Assembly (NCBI GenBank): GCA_038227875.1
Contig: JBBRPR010000010.1
Location: forward strand, 1-64,000
DNA length: 64,000 nucleotides
Reading direction: 5' to 3'
Origin: Planctomycetota bacterium
Lineage (GTDB): Bacteria > Planctomycetota > SZUA-567 > H5-PLA8
Under the pieces are notes generated by a model. That model saw only the letters and a list, made by a program, of their open reading frames with translations, was not told where the DNA came from and did not search any database. The translations under genes and the position numbers were made by a program. Below are positions 16,890 through 27,157 of the stretch, piece after piece (the first letter of the stretch is position 1; each line of letters begins with the position of its first letter).

Positions 16890-19800
16890 CTAAAATCCAA
16901 ACGGATTCGCGCCGCCGGGTTTTTTCGGCGGTGTTGGCGGCGGCGGCACCGCCGGCTTGGACGGACTCGCGCTCTGCATTTTCGAGAGCATCCCCGACAG
17001 CGAGGCGCCGGGGCGCGGGGAGTCCATGCTCAGCGTCTGCAGCACGGAAACCCGGTTGGGGTCGAGTTCCCACTCGAGATCCCAGATGCGCAGCGTGTCT
17101 TCGCCGCCGGAGATCAACACGCAGCCGTCGGCGGAGAGCGCGTACGACGTGATGCCTTTGGCGTGGCGAGCGGTCGTGGAAAGGAGTGCTCCGGTCGCGA
17201 TCTCCCACATTCGCAACGGCGTGTCCATGCCTTCCGCGCCGCCGCTGAACACGTAACGGTTGTCGGGGAGCACGGCGATGGTCTGGAAGCGAGCCTTCGG
17301 ATCCTTGATCGTGGTCGTGCACAAACCGGAATCGACGTTCCAGATGCGCAGCGTTTTGTCTTCGCCGGCGGAGACGATCAGCCGGTTGTCCGGCGTGAAG
17401 GCAATTTCGTGAACGACGCCGCTGTGGCCGGTGAAGGTCTTCATGCATTTGCCGCTGACCAGCGACCAGAGGCGCAGCGATCCGTCGGAATGGCCGGAGA
17501 CAATCAGCCGGTTGTCGCGCGAAATCGCAACGGCGCAGGCCGGCACGTCGCTTTCCAGAATCTTGACGCACTTGCCCGTCGCAATCTCCCAGTACCGCAG
17601 CCAGCCGTCGGCGCTGGCGGAGACCACGTTTTTTCCATCGGCGCGCATCGCCAGCGCCGCGACGGTGCCATTGTGGCCGTCAAGTGTCCGTACACTTTTT
17701 CCAGTGGCGACGTCCCAGACGACCAGCGTGTAATCCTGGCTGCCGGAAATGAGCAGGTCGCCTTTGGGCGTAAGCGCCACGGCTTCGACCGGCTGCTTGT
17801 GGCCTTCACAGATGCGCAGCAGTTTGCCGGTGGCGGTTTCCCAGAGGCACAGCGACTTGTCTTCGCGCCCCGCGGAGGCGGCGACTTTTCCGTCGGCACT
17901 GACGCTGACCGAGCGGACGCCCTGGACGTGTTTGTACTCCGTCGAGGCACGGAGGTACGCGTTGGAAAGTCCGCAGCGCGCGAGCGTGCGCGAGAGCTGC
18001 GCGTTCAATTCCAGGGCGCGCGGATCGCGTTCGTAGCCGGCGACTTCGCGGGCGCGCTGGAGGTGTTGATATGATTCCTTCGCAGCGCCCGTTTCGAACG
18101 CGTGGCGCGCGGCCGTGATGTGCGTGTCGAATTCGTTGCTGGTGTCTTGCGCCTGAAGCTGATTCTGCACGCGGCAGACCTGCAACGCGGCGGCGTAGAG
18201 TTCCGCATCGCCGCCCCCGTGCTCCAGCTTCCAGATGCGCAGCGGCCGGCCTTCGTTCTCGGCGGAACCGGAGAAGAGATGCGAACCGTCGGGTGAAAGT
18301 GCCAGTACCTGCACCGGACCCTGATGCCCGCGGATCGTGCGCAGGCAGCGTCCGCTGGTGAGATCCCACAGGCGGAGCGTGTGATCGTCGCCGCCGGAGA
18401 TGAGAAATTGTCCGTCGCTGGTCAGCGCCGCGCAGCGGACCGTGCCGTGGTGTCCGGCGAAGGACCTCTCTCGCGCGCCGGTGTCGAGATTGTAGAGGAA
18501 GAGCGTGCCTTCCGTTCCGGCGGAGACGACGTGGTGGCCGTCGGGATGGAGGCAGACGCCGTAGATCATTTTCTGCCCGTCTTTGATGATGCTGCGGCAG
18601 GCGCCGTCGGAAAGATTCCAGATCCGCAGTGTGCCATCGCAACTGCCGGAGACGGCCGTCTGCATGTCGGCGGTAATCGCCACGGCGGTCACTTCCTGTT
18701 CGTGGCCCCAGAGCGCCTTGATTGCCAGACCCTTCGGCAGTTCCCATATGCGCAGCGATTTGTCGCCGCCGCCGCTGATCGCGCGCGTGCCGTCGGCGTA
18801 CATCGCCACCGCGGTGACGGGTCCGAGATGGCCCTTGCCGTAAAAATCCAGCGGCAGATCGGTGCTCAAGTTCCACATCTGGAGGTTGCCGTCCTCGCTG
18901 CCGGAAATCGAGTACGTGCCGTCGGGTGTCGTCGTAATGCAGCGCACGAGCTTGGAGTGAATGTTGTGGCTCTTGATTAATTTCCCCGTGACGAGGTCCC
19001 AGCGCATCACGGAACCCAGCGGTCCATCGGTCAGCGCCATCACGCCGGCCAGACCCGGTCCGCCCTGCGGCATCATGGTCACGGCGTGAACCGAGCCGCC
19101 GCGGTCCTGGATCACGCCGCGACAATCGAGATTGGGAAAGACGCCGCCGTCTTCATCGCTTTCACGCGGAATACCCGGCCCGATTGGCGCTCGGGTCTGC
19201 GCTTGAGCCAGCGTCAGACAGGCTTGCACGACATCGTCGGAACCGGATTGCAGCGCGGTGGAATACGATTCGGCGGCGTCGGCGAATTTTTTCTGCGCCA
19301 TCTGCGCGTGGCCCAGCGAGCGCCAGACTGCGCCGTCGGCGGCGAGAACCGGATCGCTGAGCGCTTCGCGGATCAACTTTTCGCTCTCGGCGGCGGCGCA
19401 GCTTTCCAACTGAATGTAGCCGGCATAAAGACCGGCGTGATTGTTGGGACTCTTGGCGGACATCAGCTTTTTTTCGAGCGCGTCGTCGGTGGTCTTCGCG
19501 GCGCGCCATTCGATCAGGCCGAGGTTGTAAATGGATTCCGGATGCTGAGGGTCGAGTTTCAATGCTTCGTGCCACGCCGTGTAGGCTTCGTCCGGCTTGC
19601 CCAAGTCAAACATCGAGACGGCGCGGTTGTTGAGTGCGGCGGCGCGCGCTTCGCCGACACGCGGGGCTTCGCGCGGGAAGGGGACGCCGAAAAGCTCAGC
19701 GTACGCCGCCGCGAGCGCGTCGCGCAGATCTCGCATGGTCGCATAACGGTCGTCGGGCTTTTTGGCGAGGCACTTCAAGGCGATGACGGCGAGCGGTTCG

Positions 19801-21074
19801 GGGACATCGGCCCGGAATCTTCGAGGGTCGTCGGGCTTGGAGGTGAGATGTCGCGCGATCAGTACGTGGGCCGGTTCCCGCTGCTTGCGGTCGTCGAACG
19901 GACGTCGTCCGCACAGCAGTTCGTAGAGCGTGATGCCCAGCGCGTACAAATCGGAGCGTCCGTCGACGTGACGTGCGCCGCCCCACTGTTCGGGCGCGCC
20001 GTACTGCGGCGTGCCCATGCTCGAGCCGGTCATCGTCAGGTCGGTCGTGACCGCCTGCTGCAGTGCCGCGGATTCGCTGGTGCTGACGAGGTCTTCGATA
20101 TTGGCGAGCTTGACGAGGCCGAAGTCGGTGACGCACAGCCGGCCGTCGTGCGTCATTAGCATGTTGGCGGGTTTGACGTCGCGATGAACCACGCCGCGGT
20201 CGTGCGCGTAGCCGAGGCCGTCGGCGGCTTGCACGGTCAAGTCGATGATCGCCGCCCAGTCGCCGACTTTCAGACGGCCGTCGTCAGCCCAGTCTTTCAG
20301 GCTGCCGCCCTCCATGTAGTCGACGAACAGGCGCGGCAGGCGGCCGAGTTCGCGGACGTACCAGCACTGCACGAGATTGGGATGGAGCCCGAGGTCGACC
20401 CAGGTTTGCGCTTCGCGGATGAAGCGTTCACGGGAGACGTCGTCTTCGACCAGATTGGGCAGCGGTGTTTTCACCGCCATGTCGATATTCCATTCACGGT
20501 GATGAATTTTGTAGACGACGCCCATGCCGCCCTTGCCGGCGATCGCGGTGACTTCGTATTTTCCCGCGATGATGTCGCCGATATCCCAGACGGGTTTTTC
20601 GAGCATCTGCGAATCGCGGCCGGTTACTGAAAGCCGCCGCGTCGTCCGCACGGCTTTGCGCGTGATCCCGGACGCGTGCTGCTGACGAGGGCCGCCGTGA
20701 GTCATCGTCATGTCGCCGCCAGCGGCAGGAGCGCCGCCTTTGGTCATCGTCTGATCGGTGCCGGGGGCCTGGGGCGCCTTGGTCATCGTCCGGTCGTCGG
20801 ATTCGAAACCGCGCGTCGGCATTTTGGTGAGCGTCGCGCCGCCACCTTCAAACGGGCGCGCCGGTGCCGGTGCTTTGGTCAGCGTGCCGAAATCCTGCCC
20901 GGCGCCCGCACCCACAGTATGGACCGTTTGATCGTCTTCGAACGAACGCGTCAGCGAGCGGCGCTTGGGCTGGGGCGGAGGAGCTGCAGGTGGCGGCGGC
21001 TTGGGCGGCAACGAGAGCGTATGCGCGTCGTCGTCGCTGCTCTCCGGGCCCTCCGCTTTGGGTTCGTCGGCCAT
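16890..21074 (-). CDS. Ser/Thr protein kinase with TPR and two WD40 propeller regions
   Basis: GKGGMG, AVK, HRDVKPAN, DFG, GTPQYGAPE, then TPR helices and many GH...WD repeats. Confidence 0.93.
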   Translation of the reverse strand: MADEPKAEGPESSDDDAHTLSLPPKPPPPAAPPPQPKRRSLTRSFEDDQTVHTVGAGAGQDFGTLTKAPAPARPFEGGGATLTKMPTRGFESDDRTMTKAPQAPGTDQTMTKGGAPAAGGDMTMTHGGPRQQHASGITRKAVRTTRRLSVTGRDSQMLEKPVWDIGDIIAGKYEVTAIAGKGGMGVVYKIHHREWNIDMAVKTPLPNLVEDDVSRERFIREAQTWVDLGLHPNLVQCWYVRELGRLPRLFVDYMEGGSLKDWADDGRLKVGDWAAIIDLTVQAADGLGYAHDRGVVHRDVKPANMLMTHDGRLCVTDFGLVKLANIEDLVSTSESAALQQAVTTDLTMTGSSMGTPQYGAPEQWGGARHVDGRSDLYALGITLYELLCGRRPFDDRKQREPAHVLIARHLTSKPDDPRRFRADVPEPLAVIALKCLAKKPDDRYATMRDLRDALAAAYAELFGVPFPREAPRVGEARAAALNNRAVSMFDLGKPDEAYTAWHEALKLDPQHPESIYNLGLIEWRAAKTTDDALEKKLMSAKSPNNHAGLYAGYIQLESCAAAESEKLIREALSDPVLAADGAVWRSLGHAQMAQKKFADAAESYSTALQSGSDDVVQACLTLAQAQTRAPIGPGIPRESDEDGGVFPNLDCRGVIQDRGGSVHAVTMMPQGGPGLAGVMALTDGPLGSVMRWDLVTGKLIKSHNIHSKLVRCITTTPDGTYSISGSEDGNLQMWNLSTDLPLDFYGKGHLGPVTAVAMYADGTRAISGGGDKSLRIWELPKGLAIKALWGHEQEVTAVAITADMQTAVSGSCDGTLRIWNLSDGACRSIIKDGQKMIYGVCLHPDGHHVVSAGTEGTLFLYNLDTGARERSFAGHHGTVRCAALTSDGQFLISGGDDHTLRLWDLTSGRCLRTIRGHQGPVQVLALSPDGSHLFSGSAENEGRPLRIWKLEHGGGDAELYAAALQVCRVQNQLQAQDTSNEFDTHITAARHAFETGAAKESYQHLQRAREVAGYERDPRALELNAQLSRTLARCGLSNAYLRASTEYKHVQGVRSVSVSADGKVAASAGREDKSLCLWETATGKLLRICEGHKQPVEAVALTPKGDLLISGSQDYTLVVWDVATGKSVRTLDGHNGTVAALAMRADGKNVVSASADGWLRYWEIATGKCVKILESDVPACAVAISRDNRLIVSGHSDGSLRLWSLVSGKCMKTFTGHSGVVHEIAFTPDNRLIVSAGEDKTLRIWNVDSGLCTTTIKDPKARFQTIAVLPDNRYVFSGGAEGMDTPLRMWEIATGALLSTTARHAKGITSYALSADGCVLISGGEDTLRIWDLEWELDPNRVSVLQTLSMDSPRPGASLSGMLSKMQSASPSKPAVPPPPTPPKKPGGANPFGF

Positions 21075-21086
21075 GGGCCTGCTCCG

Positions 21087-22781
21087 CTACTTGACCAGTC
21101 CCGAGATTTTCAGCGCCGTCGCCAGTTCGTCGTGAAATTCTCCCGCGTCAGCGTAGCGCAGGCGCTGCAGCACGCCGCGCATTTCCGCCTGATCGTTGGG
21201 CACTTCCACTTCCTGCAACGCGCGGTCGAGCACCGCGGCCACTGGCGCGGGGATCGACGGCTCAATTTTGCGGATCGGCGGAATCGGATTCGAGCCGATC
21301 ACGCGCATGAAATCGCCCATGCCCGGAGTCAGCCCGCGCTTCTTGCAGATGTCGTAGACCTGCCGTAGGCCCGGGCGCGCCCACTGCCCAGTCAGGATTT
21401 CGAAGAAGACGCTGGCCATCGAAAAAACGTCGGTGGCTGGATGCAAGTAGCGGTAATGCGTGAGCTGTTCGCGCGGCCAGTAAATCGGCGTGCCGCAGAC
21501 GCCGTCCATGGTCATGTCGGAGAGTCCCGCCGATTCGAAGCTCTTGGCGAGGCCGAAGTCGGCGACCTTCGGGACCCAGCGGTTCTCGCCGTTGCGCTGC
21601 AGCAGGATGTTCTCGGGCTTCAAGTCGCGGTGGACGATGCCGATGTACGAGCGTGAAGTGTTTTTGCCGCCGGCCAGAATTTTTGCGCGGTGCGCGTGCG
21701 CCAGTCCGGCGAGCGAACCGAGCATGATTGGCGCGAGATCTTTCAGCGGCAGCTTGCCGCCGCGATTTTTGGTCAGCACCCGCAAGTCCATCCCGTCGAC
21801 GAATTCCAGCACGCAATAGTAGGAGCCTTTGACGCTGCCGGTGTCGATCAGTTCAACAATGTTGACGTGCTTGAGCTGCCGCGTGACTTCGATTTCGCGG
21901 TGGAACGTGCGGAAGTTATTGAAGCTTACCTGCCGGTTGGGCAACATCGCCTTGATCGCGACGCGGCGGTTGGTGCTCAGTTGCAGCGCCATGTAGACGA
22001 TGCCCATGCCGCCGCGCCCGAGAATGCGTTCGATCTTGTAACCGGGGTACTTCGGCTTTTCAGACTTCTCTTTCTTGCCAGGAAGCAGATTTGAAAATTC
22101 GTCGTCGTCGCCGTCGTCGCTGGATTCCGACGAACGCGGATCGTGAACGGTGGGCTTGGGGCGCAGCGGTTTGTCCAGAAGCGTGGGGACCGCGGAGTTC
22201 ACAACCGGCGCATCGAATTCGAAGCCGCGGCGTCCTTTTGCCGGAGGCGCAGGAGGTGGCGGAGGTGCTTGCGGAATCTCAACTGGCGGCGATTCCGGCT
22301 CCGGTGCGGCGAGCGCATCTTCGACGATCGTCCGCTCTGCAGCGGTGGGTTCATCGTCATGCTGATCCATCGCGACTGTGGCCAGGCCGGCGCCGGAGAT
22401 CGCGCCGGTATCGACGGTCACTTTCATCTTCGTGTCGCCGACGGTGATGTCGCCGGTTTTCGAAAGCATCACCGACATGGCGTTGTCGGGCGCCTGTTGC
22501 GCTCCGGGCTCCAGCGGCTTGCGGCCGCCGTAACGCAGGCCGTCGACGAACGTGCCGTTTTTACTGTCGAGGTCTGTGACCTTGCAGTGCGGGGGGCAGA
22601 TCTCGAGCAGGAAATGCTGGCGCGACACAAACGGATCGTCGGGCAGCGAGACGCGGGCGTCCTTGGCGCGGCCGAAGAGAAAGACGTCAGGCTGATCGAA
22701 CGTAAAGCTCTTGCCGGCCGCTGGACCCTGGACCACCGAGATGACGACGCGCATATTCCCCGCTCCGTACGTAACACTCAT
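21087..22781 (-). CDS. FHA domain + Ser/Thr protein kinase
   Basis: FHA motifs FGR, VSRQH, SKNGT. Kinase motifs GRGGMG, AIK, HRDLKPEN, DFG, GTPIYWPRE. Confidence 0.92.
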   Translation of the reverse strand: MSVTYGAGNMRVVISVVQGPAAGKSFTFDQPDVFLFGRAKDARVSLPDDPFVSRQHFLLEICPPHCKVTDLDSKNGTFVDGLRYGGRKPLEPGAQQAPDNAMSVMLSKTGDITVGDTKMKVTVDTGAISGAGLATVAMDQHDDEPTAAERTIVEDALAAPEPESPPVEIPQAPPPPPAPPAKGRRGFEFDAPVVNSAVPTLLDKPLRPKPTVHDPRSSESSDDGDDDEFSNLLPGKKEKSEKPKYPGYKIERILGRGGMGIVYMALQLSTNRRVAIKAMLPNRQVSFNNFRTFHREIEVTRQLKHVNIVELIDTGSVKGSYYCVLEFVDGMDLRVLTKNRGGKLPLKDLAPIMLGSLAGLAHAHRAKILAGGKNTSRSYIGIVHRDLKPENILLQRNGENRWVPKVADFGLAKSFESAGLSDMTMDGVCGTPIYWPREQLTHYRYLHPATDVFSMASVFFEILTGQWARPGLRQVYDICKKRGLTPGMGDFMRVIGSNPIPPIRKIEPSIPAPVAAVLDRALQEVEVPNDQAEMRGVLQRLRYADAGEFHDELATALKISGLVK

Positions 22782-23004
22782 GTGCAGTACGCGCTATTAT
22801 CATGCAACGCACGTTCCACATCCAATGGATGCGCAACATGCCGTTTTAGCTGAGTTTAGGGCTAAAATGTGGGTGCGTGTGTCGCGTTCTGTCAGTCGGG
22901 TGTCCCAACTTGCTACCCTGACGAACGGAATTTGTCAGTGCGCGACTTCGACGGTCAGTAAATGGCCATGACGAAATGCAGGGGTGTGGCTTTTGATCAC
23001 CAGT

Positions 23005-23967
23005 TTATAACGGCTGAATGCCAAGTTTCTCGAACAACTTGCGATCGTTCTGCGCGTCCGGGTTGCCGGTGGTGAGCAGTTTCTCGCCGTAGAAAATGGA
23101 ATTCGCGCCAGCGAGAAAACAAAGCGCCTGAATCGCGTCGGACATCTGCTGCCGTCCGGCCGAGAGCCGCACAAAACTCTTGGGCATGGTGATGCGCGCG
23201 ACGGCGATCGTGCGGACAAATTCCAGCGGATCGATCGGTTCGGTGCCGTACAGCGGCGTGCCTTCGACCTGCGTCAGGTTGTTGATCGGCACGCTTTCCG
23301 GTTGCGGATCGAGGTTGGCAAGCTGCGCGATCAGACCCGCGCGGACGCGGCGGGTTTCGCCCATTCCGACGATGCCGCCGCAGCAGACGTTGATGCCGGC
23401 GTTCCGTACGCGGCCGAGCGTATCGAGACGATCGTTGTACGTGCGAGTGGAAATGATTTCGCCGTAGTGTTCCGGCGCGGTGTCGAGATTGTGATTGTAG
23501 TAGTCGAGTCCGGCACACTTGAGCTGCTCGGCCTGGCCGGGTTCGAGCATGCCGAGTGTCGCGCAGGTCTCGAGTCCCAGGCCGCGGACGGCTTTCACCA
23601 TTTCCAGCACGGGCTGCAGATCTTTTTCCTTCGGACCGCGCCACGCAGCGCCCATGCAGAAGCGGGTCGCGCCGTTTTCCTTGGCGGTGCGCGCGGCTTT
23701 CAGGACTTCATCGAGCGGCAGCAGCGCCTGATTGTCGACGCCGGTGCTGTAGCGCGCGGCCTGCGGGCAATAGCCGCAATCTTCCGGGCAGCCGCCGGTC
23801 TTGATCGACAGCAGCGTGGAGAGCTGGACCTTGTTCGGATCGAAATTTTCGCGGTGGACGCTCTGAGCGCGGAAGATCAGGTCGCTGAAAGGCAGATTGA
23901 GCAGCGCTTCGACGGCGTCGACGGAGATGTGGGCTTGAGCAGCGTGCGGAGTCGGAGTTGCGTTCAT
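23005..23967 (-). CDS. bioB: biotin synthase
   Basis: [15 protein letters not shown] radical SAM motif, YNHNLDT, ESVPIN, VRLSAGR. Confidence 0.97.
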   Translation of the reverse strand: MNATPTPHAAQAHISVDAVEALLNLPFSDLIFRAQSVHRENFDPNKVQLSTLLSIKTGGCPEDCGYCPQAARYSTGVDNQALLPLDEVLKAARTAKENGATRFCMGAAWRGPKEKDLQPVLEMVKAVRGLGLETCATLGMLEPGQAEQLKCAGLDYYNHNLDTAPEHYGEIISTRTYNDRLDTLGRVRNAGINVCCGGIVGMGETRRVRAGLIAQLANLDPQPESVPINNLTQVEGTPLYGTEPIDPLEFVRTIAVARITMPKSFVRLSAGRQQMSDAIQALCFLAGANSIFYGEKLLTTGNPDAQNDRKLFEKLGIQPL

Positions 23968-23985
23968 CGTTTCAGCGATTCACTT

Positions 23986-24450
23986 TCAAGACTGTTTGGG
24001 CTGCCGGCCGGAGGTGCCGGAGCGTTGCTTTTTCAGCGCGTCGGCGACGAGGTTGCTGGTTCCGTAGTAAGTCTCTTTGGAGGTCGCCCATTTTTCAGGC
24101 TGCTCGATCATGTGCGCCAGTTGCGTCGCGATTTCTTCGAACTTGACCATCAGCGGCGCGGCCAGTTCCTTGGTGAGTACGCCGGCGCGGACGGCCAGTT
24201 CGAGCCACGTCAAAGTCTGGGCGCAGAGTCCTTCGGCAGCGCCGAGCGTGTCGACGAATTCCGACGGGCGTGTGCGGAGTCGCCAGGCATCAGCGATGGT
24301 CGTGGCGATGCCAGCCGAGGTCAGGCGCAGCGGATCGGTAAGTGTCGTGGCCTGATCCGCGTCAAAGTTCTTGCTGACGTCGCGGACCGCGAGCGCCGCG
24401 TCCATGGCCGACTGCCAGGCCCGGGTGTCTCGAAATGTTTTCGCGGCCAT
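23986..24450 (-). CDS. four helix bundle protein (23S rRNA IVP-like family), divergent
   Basis: KTFRDTRAWQSAM, LTDPLRLTSAGIATTIADAW, QTLTWLELA, HMIEQPEKW match the family pattern. Confidence 0.8.
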   Translation of the reverse strand: MAAKTFRDTRAWQSAMDAALAVRDVSKNFDADQATTLTDPLRLTSAGIATTIADAWRLRTRPSEFVDTLGAAEGLCAQTLTWLELAVRAGVLTKELAAPLMVKFEEIATQLAHMIEQPEKWATSKETYYGTSNLVADALKKQRSGTSGRQPKQS

Positions 24451-24557
24451 AAGAACCAACCTGACTTTTTTGAGGAACTCACCGAGGGAACCTGGGTACG
24501 AATTCGTCCCCTGGTTAAAAACAAGACACCCTAGTAACTATAGTTACAAGGTTCAGA

Positions 24558-25808
24558 CTACAGCTTCAATTTGCTGACGATCAATGTCGCGTTGTGCCCG
24601 CCGAAGCCGAGGCTGTTGGAGAGCGCATTGCGCACTTTCACCGCGCGCGCCGAGCCAGGAATGTAGTCGAGATCGCAGTCCGGGTCCGGCGTGGTGTAGT
24701 TGAGCGTCGCGTGAACCTTGTCCTCCGCCACCGACAAGCAGGAGACGACGAACTCGACACCGCCGGCCGCGCCGAGCGTGTGGCCGGTCATGCTCTTGGT
24801 CGAGCTGACGGGAACGCGCTTGGCGTACTCGCCGAAAACTTTTTTGATCGCCACGGTTTCGATCTTGTCGTTGAAGGGCGTCGACGTGCCGTGCGCGTTG
24901 ATGTAGTCGATGTCCTCCGGCCGCAGGTGCGCGTCCTTGATCGCCATGGTCATCGCGCGGATGCCGCCGTCGCCGTCTTCGCAGGGGGCGGTGATGTGGT
25001 AGCCGTCGCCGGAGAGTCCGTAGCCGGTGAATTCTGCGTAGATTTTTGCATCGCGCTTGAGGGCGTGTTCGAGTTCTTCGAGCACCACCACGCCGGCAGC
25101 CTCGCCGAGCACGAAGCCGTCGCGGTCCTTGTCGAAGGGCCGGGAGGCCTTCGTGGGATCGCCTTCACGCTTGGAGAGCGCGCCCATGTTGGCAAACCCG
25201 GCCATGCCGAGAGCCGTGACCGCCGCTTCGGAACCGCCGGCGAGCATGATGTCCGCTTCGCCATACTGAATCGTGCGCAGCGCCGCGCCCAGCGAGTTGG
25301 CGCCGGCCGCGCAGGCGGTGACGATGCAGTAATTCGGTCCGCGCAGTTTGTGTTGAATGGAGACATGCGCCGAGGCTGCGTTGGCCATCAGCTTGGGGAT
25401 CAGGAACGGAGAGACCTGGCGCGGTCCCTTGGTCATCAGTCGTTCTTTTTGCTCTTCGATTTCCGTGATGCCGCCGATGCCAGTGCCGATCAGCACGCCG
25501 CAACGCGAGGTATCCTCTTTGGTGAAATCGAGCTTGGAGTCCTTGACGGCTTCCGCCGCCGCGGCGACGGCCAGTTGGGAGAACCGGTCGAGGCGCCGGG
25601 CTTCGCGCTTTTCGATGTACTTCTCGGGCGCGAAGTTTTTGACTTCACCGGCGATCTTGACTTCGTGCTGGGCGGAATCGTAGAGCGTGACCGGCGCGAT
25701 TCCGCTGACGTTGTTGAGCAGACCGTTCCAGAGCTCCGCGACGGTCAGACCCAGCGGCGTGACCGCGCCCAGCCCCGTGACCACCACCCGCCGCCGTGCT
25801 GCATTCAT
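24558..25808 (-). CDS. fabF: 3-oxoacyl-ACP synthase II
   Basis: RRVVVTGLG, TACAAG, INAHGTST, KSMTGHTLGAAG, SNSLGFGGHN. Confidence 0.96.
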   Translation of the reverse strand: MNAARRRVVVTGLGAVTPLGLTVAELWNGLLNNVSGIAPVTLYDSAQHEVKIAGEVKNFAPEKYIEKREARRLDRFSQLAVAAAAEAVKDSKLDFTKEDTSRCGVLIGTGIGGITEIEEQKERLMTKGPRQVSPFLIPKLMANAASAHVSIQHKLRGPNYCIVTACAAGANSLGAALRTIQYGEADIMLAGGSEAAVTALGMAGFANMGALSKREGDPTKASRPFDKDRDGFVLGEAAGVVVLEELEHALKRDAKIYAEFTGYGLSGDGYHITAPCEDGDGGIRAMTMAIKDAHLRPEDIDYINAHGTSTPFNDKIETVAIKKVFGEYAKRVPVSSTKSMTGHTLGAAGGVEFVVSCLSVAEDKVHATLNYTTPDPDCDLDYIPGSARAVKVRNALSNSLGFGGHNATLIVSKLKL

Positions 25809-25832
25809 CGCTTGTTCTCCGTTCCCCGGTGC

Positions 25833-26081
25833 TTACTTCTTGGCGATTTGTTCTTCAATGAACTTCACCGTGTCGCCCACCGTCTTGATCTTGCCTTCGG
25901 CGTCGTCGGGGATGTTGATGTCGAATTCGTCTTCGAATTCCATGACCAGTTCGGCCTGATCGAGCGAATCGGCGCCCAGATCCTCAGCGTACTTGGTCTC
26001 CATGTTCACTTTTTCCTTCGTCACGTCGAGCTTCTGACAAATGATGTCGACGACCTTGTCCTTCACCGTTCCGCTGTCCAT
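25833..26081 (-). CDS. acpP: acyl carrier protein
   Basis: DLGADSLD phosphopantetheine site, located between fabG and fabF. Confidence 0.96.
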   Translation of the reverse strand: MDSGTVKDKVVDIICQKLDVTKEKVNMETKYAEDLGADSLDQAELVMEFEDEFDINIPDDAEGKIKTVGDTVKFIEEQIAKK

Positions 26082-26194
26082 TCTTGCCTCCAAAAAGTGT
26101 CCGATCCCCGGAAAGGGATCGAACCTGAAACCCCATGCTACGTAAGCTGAACGAGTATAATGCCGGATCGTTCCTCTGCAAACGAAGGTTGAAA

Positions 26195-26289
26195 GGGCAG
26201 TTCTGAGTTTTGAGTTGTGAGTTTTGAGTTGTTCTCGCCGTGCATCTGCCGTTAACTCAAAACTTAAAACTCACAACTCAAAACTGCCC
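26195..26289. repeat. inverted pair of 7-bp repeat arrays (GAGTTTT / AAAACTC)
   Basis: GGGCAGTTCTGAGTTTTGAGTTGTGAGTTTTGAGTT, ~23-nt spacer, AACTCAAAACTTAAAACTCACAACTCAAAACTGCCC. Confidence 0.85.
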
Positions 26290-26317
26290 CTGCTCCCGCT
26301 CACTCGAACAGCGGGTG

Positions 26318-27058
26318 CTACATGCTCATCCCGCCACACACGCTCAACACCTGCCCCGTGATGTACGCCGCGTCGGCGGAGGCCAGGAAGCAGACCACGC
26401 CGGAAATGTCTTCGGCCGCGCCGATTCGGCCCAGCGGGACGGAGGTGAGCAGCGCTTTTTTCTGCTCCTCGTTGAGCTTCGAGGTCATGTCCGTCTCCAC
26501 CAGGCCCGGCGCGATGGCATTAACGCGGACGCTGCGGGAGGCGAATTCACGAGCGGCGGACTTGGTCAGCCCGAGCAGTCCGGCTTTGGCCGCGCAATAA
26601 TTGGCCTGTCCGGCGTTGCCAATCAATCCGACTACGCTTGAAATATTGACGATCGAGCCGCTGCGGGCCTTCAACATCGGCCGCGCGACCGCGCGGAGCA
26701 TGCGAAAGGCGCCGGTCAGATTCGTATTCAGCACCGCGTCCCACGCTTCGTCGCTCATGCGGACCAGCAACCCGTCCTGTGTGACGCCGGCGTTGTTGAC
26801 CAGCACATCGATCTTGCCAAAGTCCTTGATCACGGCGTCGACGGTGGCGTCGATGTCCGCAGCCTTGGCCACGTCGCAGGCGTAGCCCGCACAGCGCGCG
26901 CCAGACTTCGAGAGCTCCTCGGCCAGCGCTTTGGCCGCATCGCCGTTGCGGCCGACGATCGCGACGCTCGCCCCACCTTTATGGAAGCGCGCGCTGATCG
27001 CTTTGCCGATCCCGCGAGCTCCGCCGGTCACAAGAACGACTTTGCCGTCAAAATTCAT
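26318..27058 (-). CDS. fabG: 3-oxoacyl-ACP reductase
   Basis: TGGARGIG, NNAG, GNAGQANYCAAKAG, plus synteny with acpP and fabF. Confidence 0.95.
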   Translation of the reverse strand: MNFDGKVVLVTGGARGIGKAISARFHKGGASVAIVGRNGDAAKALAEELSKSGARCAGYACDVAKAADIDATVDAVIKDFGKIDVLVNNAGVTQDGLLVRMSDEAWDAVLNTNLTGAFRMLRAVARPMLKARSGSIVNISSVVGLIGNAGQANYCAAKAGLLGLTKSAAREFASRSVRVNAIAPGLVETDMTSKLNEEQKKALLTSVPLGRIGAAEDISGVVCFLASADAAYITGQVLSVCGGMSM

Positions 27059-27157
27059 GTTCAAAACTCCCACCTTATTAATGTAGCTGTGTGCAGAAGG
27101 ACGCGGATGTTAAGTGGATCACTGGAAAAGTTCAAAAATAATTTCAAGTTCGGGCGA

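Noticed and set aside
23986..24450. Four-helix-bundle gene as a DGR Avd or rRNA intervening sequence
   Set aside because: No reverse transcriptase, TR/VR pair or rRNA gene nearby.
26100..26140. tRNA-like GGTTCGATCCC on the minus strand
   Set aside because: No complete T stem, anticodon arm or acceptor stem. It is just a small hairpin in the acpP leader.
24558..27058. Type II PKS cluster
   Set aside because: Canonical fabG-acpP-fabF with no chain-length factor, cyclase or tailoring genes.
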